Shown here: piece after piece, positions 12,273-28,192 of the stretch | How the letters are laid out: the number at the start of each line of letters is the position of its first letter | Numbering within the stretch: position 1 is the stretch's first letter | Assembly (NCBI GenBank): GCA_951406725.2 | Contig: OX597822.1 | Location: 73,780,001 to 73,844,000 of the forward strand | Direction: 5' to 3' | DNA from: Octopus vulgaris | Lineage: Eukaryota | Length of the DNA stretch: 64,000 nucleotides | Translations under genes and position numbers: made by a program | The notes under the pieces: model-generated | Seen by the model: only the letters and a program-made list of their open reading frames with translations | Told to the model about the DNA's origin: nothing | The model's database searches: none

Positions 12273-13350
12273 TTACTCGGGTTCCATGGAGAATAAGCGA
12301 TCGGGGTCACAATGCTCCCCCCACAACGAGACGCCGGTCCTTTGCCGGATTCAAGGTCAGCGATTATGTAGGTAAAGGACAAGTGGAGTACGAAAAGCAA
12401 AATCAACCTCTGTGGGATTCGAACTCTGAATTGCAAAGAGCAGGCAGCAGTACTGACAAGTGTTTTGTCCGACGTGCCACCTCGCCACTTTACAAAAATG
12501 TCCATCCTCTCAGCTTTGCTACAAATTGATATTTTAAGGGTTTGTTATTTACTGTTTAAATAGGGAGTTTCATTCCAAACATACACGCATACAAACACCA
12601 ACACACACACACAGGCATGGCTGTGTTATAAGAAGCTGGGTTCCTAACCACGGGGTTCTGGGTTCAGTCCAACTGCGTGGCACCTTGGGCAAGTGTCTTC
12701 TACAATAGCCTCAGGCCGAACAAAGCCTTATGAGTAGATTTGGTAGCCAACACTCGAAATCATGATCCAAGTATATCCAATTCTTCATTCTACAGCTTTA
12801 TTTTGTGATGCTTCTTATAATCGTTACTCACTTGCCCGATTTCTTTTGGTCTGTTGTATATTTCAGTGTAATTCGGTGGTTTACTTGAGAATTTAGCTTC
12901 TCTTTCCAGCAAGCAGGCGCATTGTGGTCCCACTATTCTAATTATAGCTGATTATAATCATAATTATAAATTTTATTTTCAGGCTATTTAACGCTATTAT
13001 TACTTGCTACCGCCTATATTTTTCTTACTGTTATTGTCTATTATTTAAATTTACCGCTGATAATAATAACTATAAAAATATCTATATAAATATTCATTTG
13101 AATATATACTCGTTATATATATATATATATCACCGTGACCGACCAGGCTATCAGATGTTGCTACACATCGCTGGTCACAATGCGCTTCGCATTGTTTTAG
13201 CCTTCAAATGACGAAACCGCGATCCTACGACCGCGTGTCCGCTGCCCTAACCACTAGGCCATTGCGCCTCCTTGTATGTATGTATATATGCTTCTGATAA
13301 AAATATTTATCAGTGGTCAGCATATTAAGAAACCTTTTAAGGTGAAAATT

Positions 13351-13854
13351 ATAAACAATTATAAATAAGGGCAAAACAAAAAATTTTCAATGCCAATATG
13401 CTGAAAAATAGGCTTTAGATCGTGTAACCACATGCAATACAAAGCGTGTTGAAGCGAGGAAAGCAAGCTAGCAGAAATTTTTTAAATTCCGTTATCCTCA
13501 AATCGGACCGATTTCTGGATCAATCCAAAAGGATTCTTCCTTCATCAGTGAGGTACAGGATAAGAATAAATGGAATACTTACAAATACCCACGGAAAAAG
13601 CAGATGCAAAGTCCGTCGGTATATGCAAGTATTTCATTTATTCTTATCGTGTTTCTCGCTGATGATGGAAGAATTCTTTTGGATTAATCCAGAAATCGGT
13701 CCAATTCGGAGATAACTGAATTTTAAAATTTTCTGTTAGCATGCTTTCAACACGGTGTGTATTTATAGTCAAAAGTATTGTATATGGTTACACGACCTAA
13801 AATCTATTTTTCAGCATATTGGCATAAAAAACTTTTTTTTTGCTCGTATTTATA

Positions 13855-13865
<11 letters not shown>
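13351..13865. mobile_element. ~510 bp imperfect palindrome (foldback element)
   Basis: tgccaatatgctgaaaaatag...ggaccgatttctggatcaatccaaaag...gataagaataaatggaatactt is mirrored by aagtatttcatttattcttatc...cttttggattaatccagaaatcggtcc...ctatttttcagcatattggca; loop near 13600. Confidence 0.85.
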
Positions 13866-13909
<44 letters not shown>

Positions 13910-13954
13910 TTACATAGATATATTAATTTACATACACATGTATGCATGTAATGA

Positions 13955-14016
<62 letters not shown>

Positions 14017-14666
14017 TGTAGTGTGTATGTGTGTGTATGTGTGTGTGTATGTATGTATGTATGTATGCGTTTATTTACTTATTTATCTGTGTGCGAACAC
14101 TACATGTTTTCAATATAGGTGTTATTTTCTCAAGTATATAAATGCATCTACAAATAAACCCACAACCATATACTCTAGGAAAATGATTGACTGCCAATAT
14201 GATTTATACTACAGTCAAGGTATGTTAAACCAACGACTACCGTTGGTTTCCATTATTCAAGAAATTTGAGTCATAATCAGGACGGTGTAAAGGATTTTTA
14301 GATCAGATAAGGTGGGCTTTTAAAAACGTGCAAGAAGCTCTTTATTGTAGGCAAGAAGGCATTAGCAACACTTTATAACAGTTAATCTGGTTATTGTAAT
14401 TGTGAAGTGTCATTGTTTATCTTTTTTATCTTTTCCTTTTTACCTGACGGCGGCCATGTTGGGTCATCGCCTTGAACAGTTTAATCAAACAAATCGAGAT
14501 TAGTATTCGTAATATTTTAAGTCTGTGACTTATTTTGCCGGTCTCTTTTGCCAAACCGCTTAGTTCCTGGAATGTAAAGCCTGGTTTTACTTGCCGATAT
14601 TGTCGTTTAGTTTCAGATCAATACTGACAAGTCATTGGCCCAAGGCCAACACACACACACACACAC

Positions 14667-14700
<34 letters not shown>

Positions 14701-16137
14701 GCACACATTCAGGCACACGCGCACACACATACACAAGTGTTCAGGGCCATGTAAGTGACCGAGGTCCCTATATTACTCCTGAATGAGACGCTTGCCCATT
14801 ACAGAGTTATTCATTTACAACTGAGCCAACTGGAACGACGTGAAACCAAGTGTTTTTCTCAAGAACACCATGCACTACCTGGTCCGAGAATCGAAATCAC
14901 GATATAACAATCGTGCATCCAAGACCCTAACCACTATGCCACGTGTATTCACATGATATAATATTACCGCAGATAATAACAATAATGTATATCTATAGTT
15001 TTAACATGGCAGTGAGCTGGCACAATTGTTAGCATGCCAGGCAAAATGCTTGGAGGTATTTCGGGGTCGATAAAATAAGTACCAGTTAGGCACTGCGGTC
15101 AATGTAATTGACTTCATACCTCCCCTGAAATTGCTGGCTTTGTGCTCAAAACTGAAACCATTATTTATCGTATTAAAGTCCCCCTTCCTTGGCAAAACAA
15201 CGCACTGGACTCTTGTGTAGATTGATGGCAAAGGCTCAGCATAATGGAATCATAATTGGAGCCTACGAAGCCCCTGTGTAACTACCCATTGTGCTTCTGA
15301 CTTAAGACGGCACAGCATGTATTTATGTATATCTATATATGCGATTAAAGGGTAAATGTACGTGCACACGTGTGTGTTTATGCGTATACATGTGTGTGCG
15401 TGTACGTGTGTGTGTCAAAGACTTTCCATCTGTGACCAGCCTGTCTTGTTTATCCATTAACTTCACTCACGCTGCTGATGTCCTTCCACTGGGAAAACCA
15501 TTAATGTCGCAATATCACACGGTTCTGTCATGGCAATATCTTATGATTCGGCAACACTTTGTACGCCTGTTGATAAGAAATCAGTAGATTATGAAAAATC
15601 AGCTTAAGTCCTATCATATCTAGATATCTAGCACCGAGACTTAATCCATGGGATATCGTCGTCGAACCACGTGGGATTAGCATCCCGCCAAATAAATTAC
15701 CCACATCAAATGGTATGATAATGGCTCAATGGTGTTTGTTTTTTTTTTTGTTTATCAAAAATCAGAGGGAAAGCTTTATATATATATATATATATATATA
15801 TATTTACTCTTTCTCCGAATAGGGAACCCTAACCGAATTTAGTGAGCGTCAATTCTGGTTCACGTTTAAACTATTGGCGGGAAAAACATGAACGGCTTAG
15901 GAATTTTAAACGGGTGCTGCTCTTTGGGGGGAAGGACAAAAGAAAGGAGAGAAAGAGGTTTCGGTGTAAGTACACACAGTGGTAGTTCTGGTGGTGGTGG
16001 TGGTGAGTATTAAGATGTTGTGCTGTGCATTTGATGGGATAAGAGAACATGAAGAAGATGTTAAATGAGAGAGAGAGAGAAAGAGGGTCAAACATGCAGA
16101 CAGGCGGAGACAGAGATAGATAGATAGATATATAGAC

Positions 16138-16214
<77 letters not shown>

Positions 16215-16290
16215 CATAGATAGATAGATAATCTTCGGACCAGGAAAAGTCCTATGAGTGGTTTTGGTCGACGGAAACTAAAAGCCAGTC

Positions 16291-16333
<43 letters not shown>

Positions 16334-16338
<5 letters not shown>

Positions 16339-16735
16339 TTGCTATTATGTTAAACTGTCGTATGTCCAAATTTGGCCAAATGCGTTTTTTTTCTTTCAAT
16401 ATTTAATTTTGCTTGCAACAGTTGTTTCTTTTGGTCAAACTATCGTATCTCCATCTGCTTCAGACGCCAAGATATGAAAATTGTCAAAGTGTAGTGCAAC
16501 GGTTTAGCATTTTCCAACAGTGCAGTAAGTCCCACATATGACAGTTTTGCAAAAATATTTCTGATTGAAAATATCATCCATGCATGGAGTTACGATTTTG
16601 TGCACCCAACAAAGTATTATTTTAAACTGAAACTGTTGCTAATGTAAAAAGAAATGGAATGGTGAAACTATTTTTCTGTTTTCTGTAAAAGCAACGTTTT
16701 GGACTTACGACACTTTTGCATAATAGCAACGATAT
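16334..16735. mobile_element. MITE with ~37 bp terminal inverted repeats
   Basis: atcgttgctattatgttaaactgtcgtatgtccaaa ... tttggacttacgacacttttgcataatagcaacgat; TA context. Confidence 0.75.
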
Positions 16736-17067
16736 CAACGGCAAATGAAGTGGTTGCAAGAAGCAACGAAAATTTTTAGAAAAAATAAAATAAGTAAATG
16801 AGTGGAAATCGAACCGGCGCGTGTGTTAAGTAATAAGGTACTAAAAGAGAATGACTCTCTCCAGACACAATAATACACACATTCACACACACACACATAT
16901 ACACGCATACATACATACATACATACATACATATGTGTGTGTATATGTGTGGGTGGGTGTGTATGCATACATATGGGTATTCATGCTTACATACATACAG
17001 ACAGACAGTACAGTGTCGGCATAACGGATCTCACTTAAATGAATTGATCATTGAATAATAGCAATAA

Positions 17068-17385
17068 TCTTTTCTACTCTGGGCACAAGCTCCGAAATTT
17101 GGGGAAAGGGGACAAGTTGATTAGATCGACCCCATGACGCAACTGGTACTTAATTTATCGACACCGAAAGGAGGAAAGGCAAAGTCGACCTCGGCGGAAT
17201 TTGAACTCAGAACGTAACGACAGACGAAATACCGCTAAGCATTTCGCCCGGCGTGCTAACGTTTCTGAGTTCAAATTCCGCCGAGGTCGACTTTGCCTTT
17301 CATCCTTTCGGGGTCGATAAATTAAGTACCAATTGAGCACTGGGGTCAGTCTAATCTCGGGCCTTGTGCCTAGAGTAGAAAAGTA
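17068..17385. mobile_element. SINE family B, head-to-head inverted pair
   Basis: Minus copy 17068-17266 is fused directly to a 5'-truncated plus copy 17262-17385. Confidence 0.8.
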
Positions 17386-17509
17386 TGGCCATGGAAAGTT
17401 ACTCTTCCATTACGCTTTCAAAACAGGACGTAAAAATTACACATTTTTTCTATTTAATAATTATTAAGTAATCATTACGTTATATATAGTAATTAATCGC
17501 TTACTTTTT

Positions 17510-17732
17510 TATCTTTTATTTGTTTTAGTCATTAGACTGCAGCCATGCTGGAGCACCGCTATGAAGAATTTTTAGTCAATAAATCGAATCCTGGATTTAT
17601 TTATTTATTTAATTTATTGGAGCCTGCTACTTTTTCTATCGACTTCTTTTTGCCAAAGCGCTAAGTTACGGGAACGCAAACACACCAACACCAGTTGTCA
17701 AGCGGTGATGGGGGACAAACACAGACACAAAG

Positions 17733-17812
<80 letters not shown>

Positions 17813-17965
17813 GATGGCTTCTTTCAGTTTCCACCTGCCAGATTCACTCACAAGGCTTTGGTCGACCCGAGGCTGTAAAAGACACTTGCCTAAGGTGCCA
17901 TGCAGTGGGACTGAACCAGGAACCATGTAGTTGCGAAGCAAACATCTTACTGCACAGCCATGCCT
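17510..17965 (-). mobile_element. SINE family A
   Basis: Consensus match from tail to head. Confidence 0.85.
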
Positions 17966-18237
17966 ATTTAATAATCATTAAACTCTAATAATTATCTATT
18001 TATTGAAGTATGTACCGCCTCGAGTCTTGGGACCCATAAACCTTTGTTGCCCACTTCCCACGGTATATAAGTAACCGAGATTACAATGTTCCACATGAAC
18101 GATGCGCCAATCCGTTCAGTAATAACGAACACACCTGGCGTCCAATTAGTTTGTTAAATTAAAGGATGACGATATATATATATATATAATATACATATGT
18201 ATGCATACATTCTTTTATTCTTTATTCGTTTATATAT

Positions 18238-18306
<69 letters not shown>

Positions 18307-18311
18307 CATTC

Positions 18312-18645
18312 TTTTATTCTTTTATTTATTTCAGTCATTTGACTGCTGCCATGCTGGAGCACCCGCTTTTAGTTGAGGAAATCAACCCCAGGACTTATAC
18401 TTTGTAAGCCTAGTACTTATTTTATCGGTGTCTTTTGCCGAACCGCTAAGTTACGAGGACGTAAACACACCAGCATCGATTGTCAAGCGATGATGGGGGG
18501 AGGTGAAACACAGACACACAAACATATACACATACATACATACATATATATGCGACGAGCTTCCGTCTACCAAATCCGCTCACAAGGAACCCGGAACCAT
18601 GTGGTTGGTAAGCAAGTTACTTACCACACAGCCACTCCTGCGCCT
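18312..18645 (-). mobile_element. SINE family A, internally deleted
   Basis: Consensus match. Confidence 0.8.
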
Positions 18646-18804
18646 ATACATATACATATATATATATATATATCAGCCGAAATTACTACGATGATCCGGT
18701 TCTTGACTGAAGACTGAGGGCTTCGAATGTCCTGTCTGTGTTTGTTGTATCGTCTTCTAAGTGTTATGCGTTCTTGTCACAGTTTGTATTTTTTTACATA
18801 TCAT

Positions 18805-18836
<32 letters not shown>

Positions 18837-20155
18837 CACATACATACATGTGCGTGCACACAGACACACGGCAGAGAGGGAGGGATGATCATGGCTATAA
18901 TTCTTTTGATTAAAGGTCTCTTTAGATAAGGGTCTAAACTAGGGGTTCTCAACAATTTTAAAAATCATCTATGGACCCCTTTCATTACTATTTTATTATG
19001 GTGCTCTCTCCCCTATAGGCATTTGATGTTTAAAAACTTTATAGAAATCTCTTTTAAAATTCCTGTTTTCAGAGTAAGAAGCCTAACTGTTTCTCGTAAT
19101 ATATACCAATCCCTACATCTCAAGCAAACATTTTCTATTTTGTTGCGTGGACCCCTAAAAATCTGATACGGTACCTGAGTGTATTCGGTGAGAGAGAACA
19201 AACAGGTTGTGCTGTGTGCGTATTTCTGAATCTGTGCTTATGTGAATGCGATTGATATTTCGTTTGATAAAGACGTGTGGCTTCTCTTTTTTTTTGTCTA
19301 TACACATACAACACACATGCGCGCTCACACACACACGCGCGAGCGCAGAGATACAAATAATCATCATCATCACTACCACCACCAGCACCAGCACCACCAT
19401 TATTGTCATCATCATCATCATCATCATCATCATCGGCTTTATCAATATGAACATCATTGTGGTTGCCGCCGTCGTCGCCGAAGGTGTCAACGTTATTGAA
19501 ATCGGAATTGGAAACAGTTCTGAGTATGTAAATATGACAAAGATGAAGAGAAAGAAGAGGAGAAAGACAGAGAGGGAATGGTGGCGGAGATGCTAAAGGA
19601 GAAGGACGCCATTTTTTTTTTCTATCAAACATAGCGATATCACAGACCACAATATTTCCTTCGAAGCTGTTTAAGGCGCGAATTCCGTGCTATCTGTCTG
19701 CCGTATCTAACCAGTCGAGCGACTGTCTACAGGACCCCTTCGTAGTCGTGCACTTGTTTATCGTTTGTAATGACGATAGATCGTGTGAATTCGTGTGAAT
19801 TCACAAGCTCACTTTACCTTATCGACAAAGCTGATTCGATAACTGACGCACTCACATTTGATACCCACGAACATAGCAGACGTACTCACAACGCACATTT
19901 GAAGGCGCATAACAACGGATTTATAAACGGGACACTGACATGGAATTCTGTAATGTTCCTTCCCAAACCACGTGTTTTGGGGGGTTTTTTTATGAAGAGC
20001 ATTAGAAACATGGGGATTCCATCCTATTAATTTCACATCAATGGTGATGAACCAGCAAGGGAGCCCTTTATAAGGGAGGGAGTCCTGCGAGAAATATCAC
20101 TCAAATCTCACTCAGACTACCCTTGATACCATAACCTTAGATGTATTATGTCTGG

Positions 20156-20212
20156 AAGAAGAAGAAGAAGAAGAAGAAGAAGAAGAAGAAGAAGAAGAAG
20201 AAGAAGAAGAAG

Positions 20213-20247
<35 letters not shown>

Positions 20248-20278
20248 GAGCAGCAGCAGCAGCAGAAGCGGCAGCAGT
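20156..20278. repeat. (GAA)n(CAA)n(CAG)n compound microsatellite
   Basis: Direct reading. Confidence 0.95.
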
Positions 20279-20689
20279 CGAGATGGTCACAATTTGAACA
20301 TCTTTCGGATCGTAGATCTGCCAGGTTAGGGCTGGGGCGAAATTAAACAACAACTGAGACAGCGAGACTCTAACTGTCAGCGGGAAAGAAGTGATGGCGG
20401 ATGGGGTAGGGAGCTGGTGACATGGGTACTTTCAGTATTTGTTTCGTAAATCTGGTGATGCCTTTTTCACTGGCCCCTTTTAGGGGTTAAGAAACTCGCT
20501 TTGCAACCAGTTAGTTTCGGATTCAGTCCTACTGCGTGGCACTATGGGCAAGAGTCTTCTACTATAGCCTCGGCCTGACCAAAGCTTTGTGAGTGGATTT
20601 GGTAGACGGAAAATGAAAGAAGCCCATCGTATATATATGTGTGTGTGTGTGAGAGAGTATTACACATCACATCACATATGATGTGCCAT

Positions 20690-21330
20690 ACTAATACACA
20701 CACCAACTAATACATACTAATACGTACTAATACATACCAGTACATACTAATACTTACACCAACCCTATACATACACACGTCCAGACCCCGCATACGCACT
20801 TATACTCTCTCACACACACACACACACACCTATACATACCAATACGTACTAATACATACTAATACATACTAATACATACACCAACCCCATACATACGCAC
20901 GTCCAGACCAATCTTACGCACTAATACTCTCTCATACACACACACACACACACACACCCTTATACATACTAATACATACACCAACCCTATACATACACAC
21001 ATCCAGACCCCTCCCACGCACTTTTAGCTGGTCCCTCAACCCTTTTATCAACCCTATTATCTCCCCTTATTTCGCTCTCGCGTCTCATGTTTGATCTTTG
21101 ACCTCTGGCCGAAATCAGATCGCCATGTTGATTCGTTAGCTACTGCACGCATTTTTTTTCTCTCCTTCTTTCTGTGTTTTTCTCTCTCTGTGTATCTTTT
21201 TGTTGAAGAGCGTAGGCTCGAAACGTTAAAGACTTGTTTTATTTATATTTCCTGAGCGCCATACTAATACAATTGTTCGTTTGTTTTCCGCCTGCCTTCG
21301 TCTTTTGTTTATTTTCATAAAGCTTCCCGT

Positions 21331-21331
<1 letters not shown>
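20690..21331 (+). mobile_element. PLE-like terminal region: 3x degenerate minisatellite followed by a variant hammerhead (21195-21232)
   Basis: Repeats of actaatacatacaccaaccctatacatacacacgtccagacc; then tcttt-TTGTTGA-A-gagc(gtag)gctc-GAAACGTT-aaaga; homologous to 5516-5707. Confidence 0.5.
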
Positions 21332-21403
<72 letters not shown>

Positions 21404-21856
21404 ACGTATGTGTGTGTGTGTGTGTGTATGTATGTTTGTCACCGACCATCGTTTGACAGCCGATGTTGGTGTGTTTACATCCCCGTAACTTAGCGGCTCG
21501 GCAAAAGAGACCGATAGAATAAGTACTGGGTTTACAAAGAGTAAGTTCTGGGGTCGATTTCTTCGATTAAAAAAAACCCTTAAAGGTGGTGCTCCAGCAT
21601 GGCTGCAGTCAGATGACTGAAACAAGTAAAAAAAAAAGAAAGAATAAAAGAATATGTGTGTATGTGTGTTTGTGTCTTTTCATTTGTGTTTGTCGTCATC
21701 ATCGCTTGACAACCGGTGTTAGTTTGTTAACATCCCCGTAACTTAGCAGTTCTACAAAAGAGAAAGAGACAATAAGTACCTGACCTACAAATAAGTACTG
21801 AGATTGATCTGTTCGACAAAGCAAATGAAGACAGTGCTGCAGCATGGCCACACTTG

Positions 21857-21897
<41 letters not shown>

Positions 21898-22518
21898 CAG
21901 TGTCTGTGTTTGTTCCCCCACCATCGCTTGACAATCAATGTTGGTGTGTTTACGTCCCCGTAACTTAGCGGCTCGGCAAGACCAAGACCGATAGAATAAG
22001 TACCCAGCTTACAAAGAATAAGTCTTGGGGTCGATTTGATCGACTAAAAAAAAGGGCGGTGCTCCAGCATGGCCATAGTCAAAATGACTGAAACACGTAA
22101 CAGAATAAAAGAATGTGTTTAAATGCTTATGTATCCCACGCGTGTGTGTGTATGTGCACGAACGGGATGTATTTACGTATGTGTTTATGTGAGTTTAAGC
22201 AGGTGTTTATGTATGCATGTCTTGCGTGTGTTTATGTGTTTCACATGTGAGAGTGTGTTTGTGTCATAATGGATGTACGTGTGTATTCGCAGGAGAACGA
22301 GTATAAGCATTTTTGTGGGTTACTAGTGCTGTTCAACTTGAATCCTAATATAGCATAACATGCCCGCGCACGCACACACACACACAAACGAATACACACA
22401 TATATATATATACATATCTATACATATATATACATACATGTATATATATGTGTGTACAGATCTATACAAATATATATATACATATATACATATCTATACA
22501 CATATATATACACGTATA

Positions 22519-22550
<32 letters not shown>

Positions 22551-22709
22551 CATATATACATATATGCACATATATATATATACATAAATACAGATATACA
22601 TATTTACTTATACATATATATATAAATATATACACACATATATATATACATATATATATATACTTTTACATAGGTATATATATATATGTACGTATATATA
22701 TATATACAC

Positions 22710-22741
<32 letters not shown>

Positions 22742-22763
22742 ATACACATATACATACATGTAT

Positions 22764-22811
<48 letters not shown>

Positions 22812-23242
22812 TATATTTGCATATATATATATGCATAAAAAACTTAGGGAATAATAACTACTTCAGGTTATCAGAACATTTACTGTTTTACACTTTACTA
22901 ATGCAAAATATATACACTCACGCACATTTATGTGTGTATGCATGTACAAATGTGAGAAAAATTTATTATATAAACTTGCTTACTCTTAAAACGCAAATAA
23001 GCATTGATATTCTGCATGCATTAGTGATCCGCCAGTTAATATTTAAGTGTTTTTATGCATGACTGTAAATACACTGGTCTTTATATAATCAATATATCAA
23101 ATACGTAATATATTAAGTGCAATCTTGAATATCAGTGTTGATTATCAGAGATGCGGGTTCGAATTCTATAGGCAGCCATCGACTTTTTCTGTCCAAAAGG
23201 AATTTTAAACCAACATTTATATGTTATTATATGTAGCTTTAT

Positions 23243-23456
23243 AGGACGGTGAGCTAGCAGAAACGTTAGCACACCGGGAGAAACGCTTAGCAGTATTTCG
23301 TCTGTTTTTACGTTCTGAGTTCAAATTCCGCCGAGGTCGACTTTATTTTTCATCCTTTCGGCGTCGATAAATTAAGTACCAGTTGTGTACTGAGGTCGAT
23401 CTTATCAACTGGCCCCCTCCCCCAAAATTTCGGGCCTTGTGCCTAGATTAGAAAAG
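23243..23456 (+). mobile_element. SINE family B, short-tail variant
   Basis: Consensus match ending cgggccttgtgcctagattagaaaag. Confidence 0.85.
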
Positions 23457-24084
23457 TAGAAAAGATCATTTGTAGCTTTATTTTTGAGCTTCGAGATACT
23501 CCAAACAAAAAAAGTTTGTAAAGTTTTTCTGATGCCAACAGCATAAATTCTTGCTGGTAAGAACACAATTACTAAAGCGAAGAAAAAAATTCGAAGAATT
23601 GATTTGGTGTAATGGTAAAATGCCTGTCAAGCGTTCAGGAAATACAGGCTCGATTTCTACGGCTAGCCTTCGACTATTTGCATTCAAATGGGAGAATTCA
23701 ACACAATATTTACATGCTGTTAGTTATAGCTTTATTCGTATGCTTCAAAATACCCCAGAAATAATTAGCGCACATTTTCCTGAAAGTTTATTAAAATTCT
23801 GTTGACATCAAAGGAGCGAAATTGTTATGATTTTTCGACAATAACTGATGTGGGAAATTTTCCGTGCAATTTTTAAAAATTATTATATCTATGTGTGTGT
23901 GTGTAAGTTAAATAAAAATGACCTAAGAGAAGTAAGAGTGGCCAGTGACATATATTTAAACAACAAGTATACATACAGGTAACACAAATACCATACAACA
24001 TAAATACCTGATTTATTCTCCACCTGTAGAGAATATGTCAAAATTACCAAATGGCAATAAAGATAAGCTCAGTTATATATATAT

Positions 24085-24327
24085 TCTTTTCTTTTCATTT
24101 GATTGCGGCCATATTGGAGCACCGCTTTAAGTCGAGCACATCGTCTCCATTACTTATTCTTTCTAAGCCTAGTACTTATTCTATTGGTCTCTTTGCCGAG
24201 CCGCTAAGTTACGGGGACGTAAACACACCTGCATCGGTTGTCAAGCGATGGTGGTGGTGTGGTGGTGGTGGTGGGGGCAAACATAGACAGACAAACATAT
24301 ACATACATACATACATACACACATACA

Positions 24328-24385
<58 letters not shown>

Positions 24386-24624
24386 TGTATGTATATATTT
24401 ATATACATATATACGACGGGCTTCTTTCATTTTCCGTCTACCAAATCCACTCACAAAGCTTTGGTCGGTTCGAGGCTATAGTAGAAGACATTTGCTCAAG
24501 ATGCAACGCAGTGGGAATGAACCCGGAACCATGTAGTTGGTAAGCAACCAATTTATCACATAGCCACACCTGCGCCTATGTCCACACAACCACTCCTGCG
24601 CCTATCCACACAGCCACTCCTGTG

Positions 24625-24625
<1 letters not shown>
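24085..24625 (-). mobile_element. SINE family A with triplicated 5' end
   Basis: Consensus match; cacacagccactcctgcgccta occurs three times at 24557-24627. Confidence 0.85.
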
Positions 24626-24722
<97 letters not shown>

Positions 24723-24849
24723 ATTCAAAAATCGAAGAAAAAGACAAGAAAACACAACGTGAGGACGTAGATCAAGGTAAGTATAAATATGTACAGTAAT
24801 CTCTCGCCATATCGCGGTTCACCTATGGCGGCGGTTCACCTGTATATTT

Positions 24850-25272
24850 AGTGGCTGTGTGGTAAGTAGTTTGCTTACGAATCACATCGTTACGGGTTCA
24901 GTCCTGCTGCATGGCAACATGGGTTAGTGTCTTCTACTATAGCCTCAGTCTGACCAAAGCCTTGTGAGTGGATTTGGTAGACGGAAACTGAAAAGAAGCC
25001 CGTCGTATATATAAGCTTCTTTATGTATGTGTGTTTGTGTGTCTGTGGATTTCTCCTTCCAGCGTCGCTTGACAGCAGATGTTGGTGTGTCTACAGCAGA
25101 TGTTGGTGTGTCTACAGCAGATGTTGGTGTGTCATAACCTAGAAGTTCAGCAGGGGAGACCGATAGAATAAGTACTATGATTACAAAGAATAAGTCCTGG
25201 GGTCGATTTCTTTCGACTAAAGGCTGTGCTCCAGCATGGCCGCAGTCGAATGACTGAAACAAATAATAGAAA
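24850..25272 (+). mobile_element. SINE family A with internal 21-bp triplication
   Basis: Consensus match; cagcagatgttggtgtgtcta x3 at ~25073-25132. Confidence 0.85.
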
Positions 25273-25618
25273 ATATGTACGTACACAAACGAATTAATGT
25301 GCGCACAAACACATACACACGCCTGATATCGATAATGGGGGATCTATCCTGTGGAAAACAAAGAATTCGCAACTAATGTTTCCGATCCACCACATTATTA
25401 AATAACGAAATAATTGTGTAAGTGCTTGAGTAATACATCGCTACGTGTGACTCTAAGGAAAACGTCGAGTAGAATCAGTATGATACGACAGTGACATCAC
25501 ATCCAGCGCGGCATGACTATACGCACACACATATATATATTTATATATACACATTAAAGAAAAAATCACTACCACCACCACCACTGGTGGTGAGAGTGAT
25601 CGAGAGGTATATGTGGTA

Positions 25619-26434
<816 letters not shown>

Positions 26435-26444
26435 CCCCAGTATG

Positions 26445-26667
26445 CACGAGGGAGTGCCGAAAAAAGATTTCCAGCTTTGGGTAACAGAAAATAGAGGAGG
26501 ATCAGTTAAGTATGATTTTATTCAACATATTTCCCTCTCAGGTTCACACACTTATTGCAGCAGTTCTTCAGTTTTTAGAAGCCCTATCAAAAAAGAACTC
26601 GGGAGGTCGGGCCTCCAATCGGGTCTTTCGCGTTGCCCTTAACGCCAGGAACTTTTCGGTACCTCGT
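26445..26667 (-). mobile_element. Mariner-derived non-autonomous element
   Basis: Minus frame reads KLKNCCNKCVNLRGKYVE*, like a mariner transposase C-terminus; acgagg.../...cctcgt ends; homologous to 55467-55669. Confidence 0.65.
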
Positions 26668-27937
26668 CTTATTCTTTTACTCTTCTATTCTCATTCTTGT
26701 CTCAATCATTTGACTGTGGCCATGCTGGAGCACCGCCTTTATTCGAACAGATCGACCCCCCACCACCGAACTTATTCTTTGTACGCCTAGTACTTATGCT
26801 CTTTTGCCGAACCGCTAGGTTACGGGCACGTAAACACACCAGCATTGGTTGTTGAGCAATGGTGGGGGGGGGGACAAACACAGACACACAAATATCTACA
26901 TATAGATATATACATATATACATATATATATATACGACAGGCTTCTTCCAGTTTCCGTCTACCAAATCCACTCACAATGCTATGGTCGGCCCGAAACTAT
27001 AGCAGAAGACACTTGTGCAAGATGTCACGGAAATAAAAAGAAGCCTGTCGTGTGTGTGTATATATATATATATATGTACGTGCTTGTGTCTCTGTGTTTG
27101 TTCCGCCACCGTCGCTTGACAACCGATGTTGGTGTGTTTATGTCCACGTAACATTAGCGGTTCGGCAGAAAGCGACCGAGAGAATAAGTACTAGGCTTAC
27201 AAAGAATAAGTCTTGGGGGTCGACTAAAGGCGCTGCTCCAGCATGGCCGCAGTCAAATGACTGAAGTAGATAAAAGAATAAAAAAACATACATGCATATA
27301 CATGTATATGTTTATATGTATATGATACATACAAATGTGTGTGTGTGTTGTAAAAATGCATCTGTAACACATCGCAGTTGTGATTCATTTGTAATGATTA
27401 ATTCCACCCCACCCAGTCTCTCTGCTCTGTTTGTATCAACAGAGATCAATATCCGGGCGAGCGACCGAGCGAGCGATCGGTCGATCGGTTAAGCTGGCTG
27501 GATGAATTTGCATTTGGTAATTCTTATATGACTTACGAGTATATCTCACCTTAATTTTCTGTCGTTTTTTTTTTTTTCGTTTTACCTTCGCTGCCAACGC
27601 CACCACAACCACCACCACCACTATCTTGATAACCTTTATCAAACGGTTTATTTTCTCTTAGCTTCAACAACTTCTTCACTTAGTCTTGTGTGTGTGTATT
27701 CGTGTTTTTGTATGTGTGTGTGTGTGCATAAGTAAGTTTTGTATGTGTAGGAAAACATAGGTCTGCATTTATATATAACGAAGTAGAAAACGGCAAACTG
27801 GCACAGCTGTTGAATCTTTGGGTTGAATGTTGTACGGTAAATATTCATGTGTTGTGAGTTTAAAATCTTAACGAAGTTTAGCTTGCCATTCACCTTTCCG
27901 GGGGTCAAAAAATAAAGTACCAGTCAAATATTTAGGT

Positions 27938-28138
27938 TGGTTTTATTCTACATTATTTACATTCGACGGATATTTTAAATTCAATAAGCATATTATTTAC
28001 ATTATTTACAATTGACGAATATTTGTCCTTATCTTGTTTGTTGTTAACACAACGTTTCGGCTGATATACTCCCCAGCCTTCTTCAGGTGTCCTGGGGAAA
28101 TTTCGAACCTGGGTTCTCATTCCTAAGGTATTTTTCGA

Positions 28139-28192
<54 letters not shown>

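Noticed and set aside
23598-23670. tRNA-like A/B boxes (TGGTGTAATGG ... GGCTCGATT)
   Set aside because: Cannot be folded into a cloverleaf by eye; probably a decayed SINE head.
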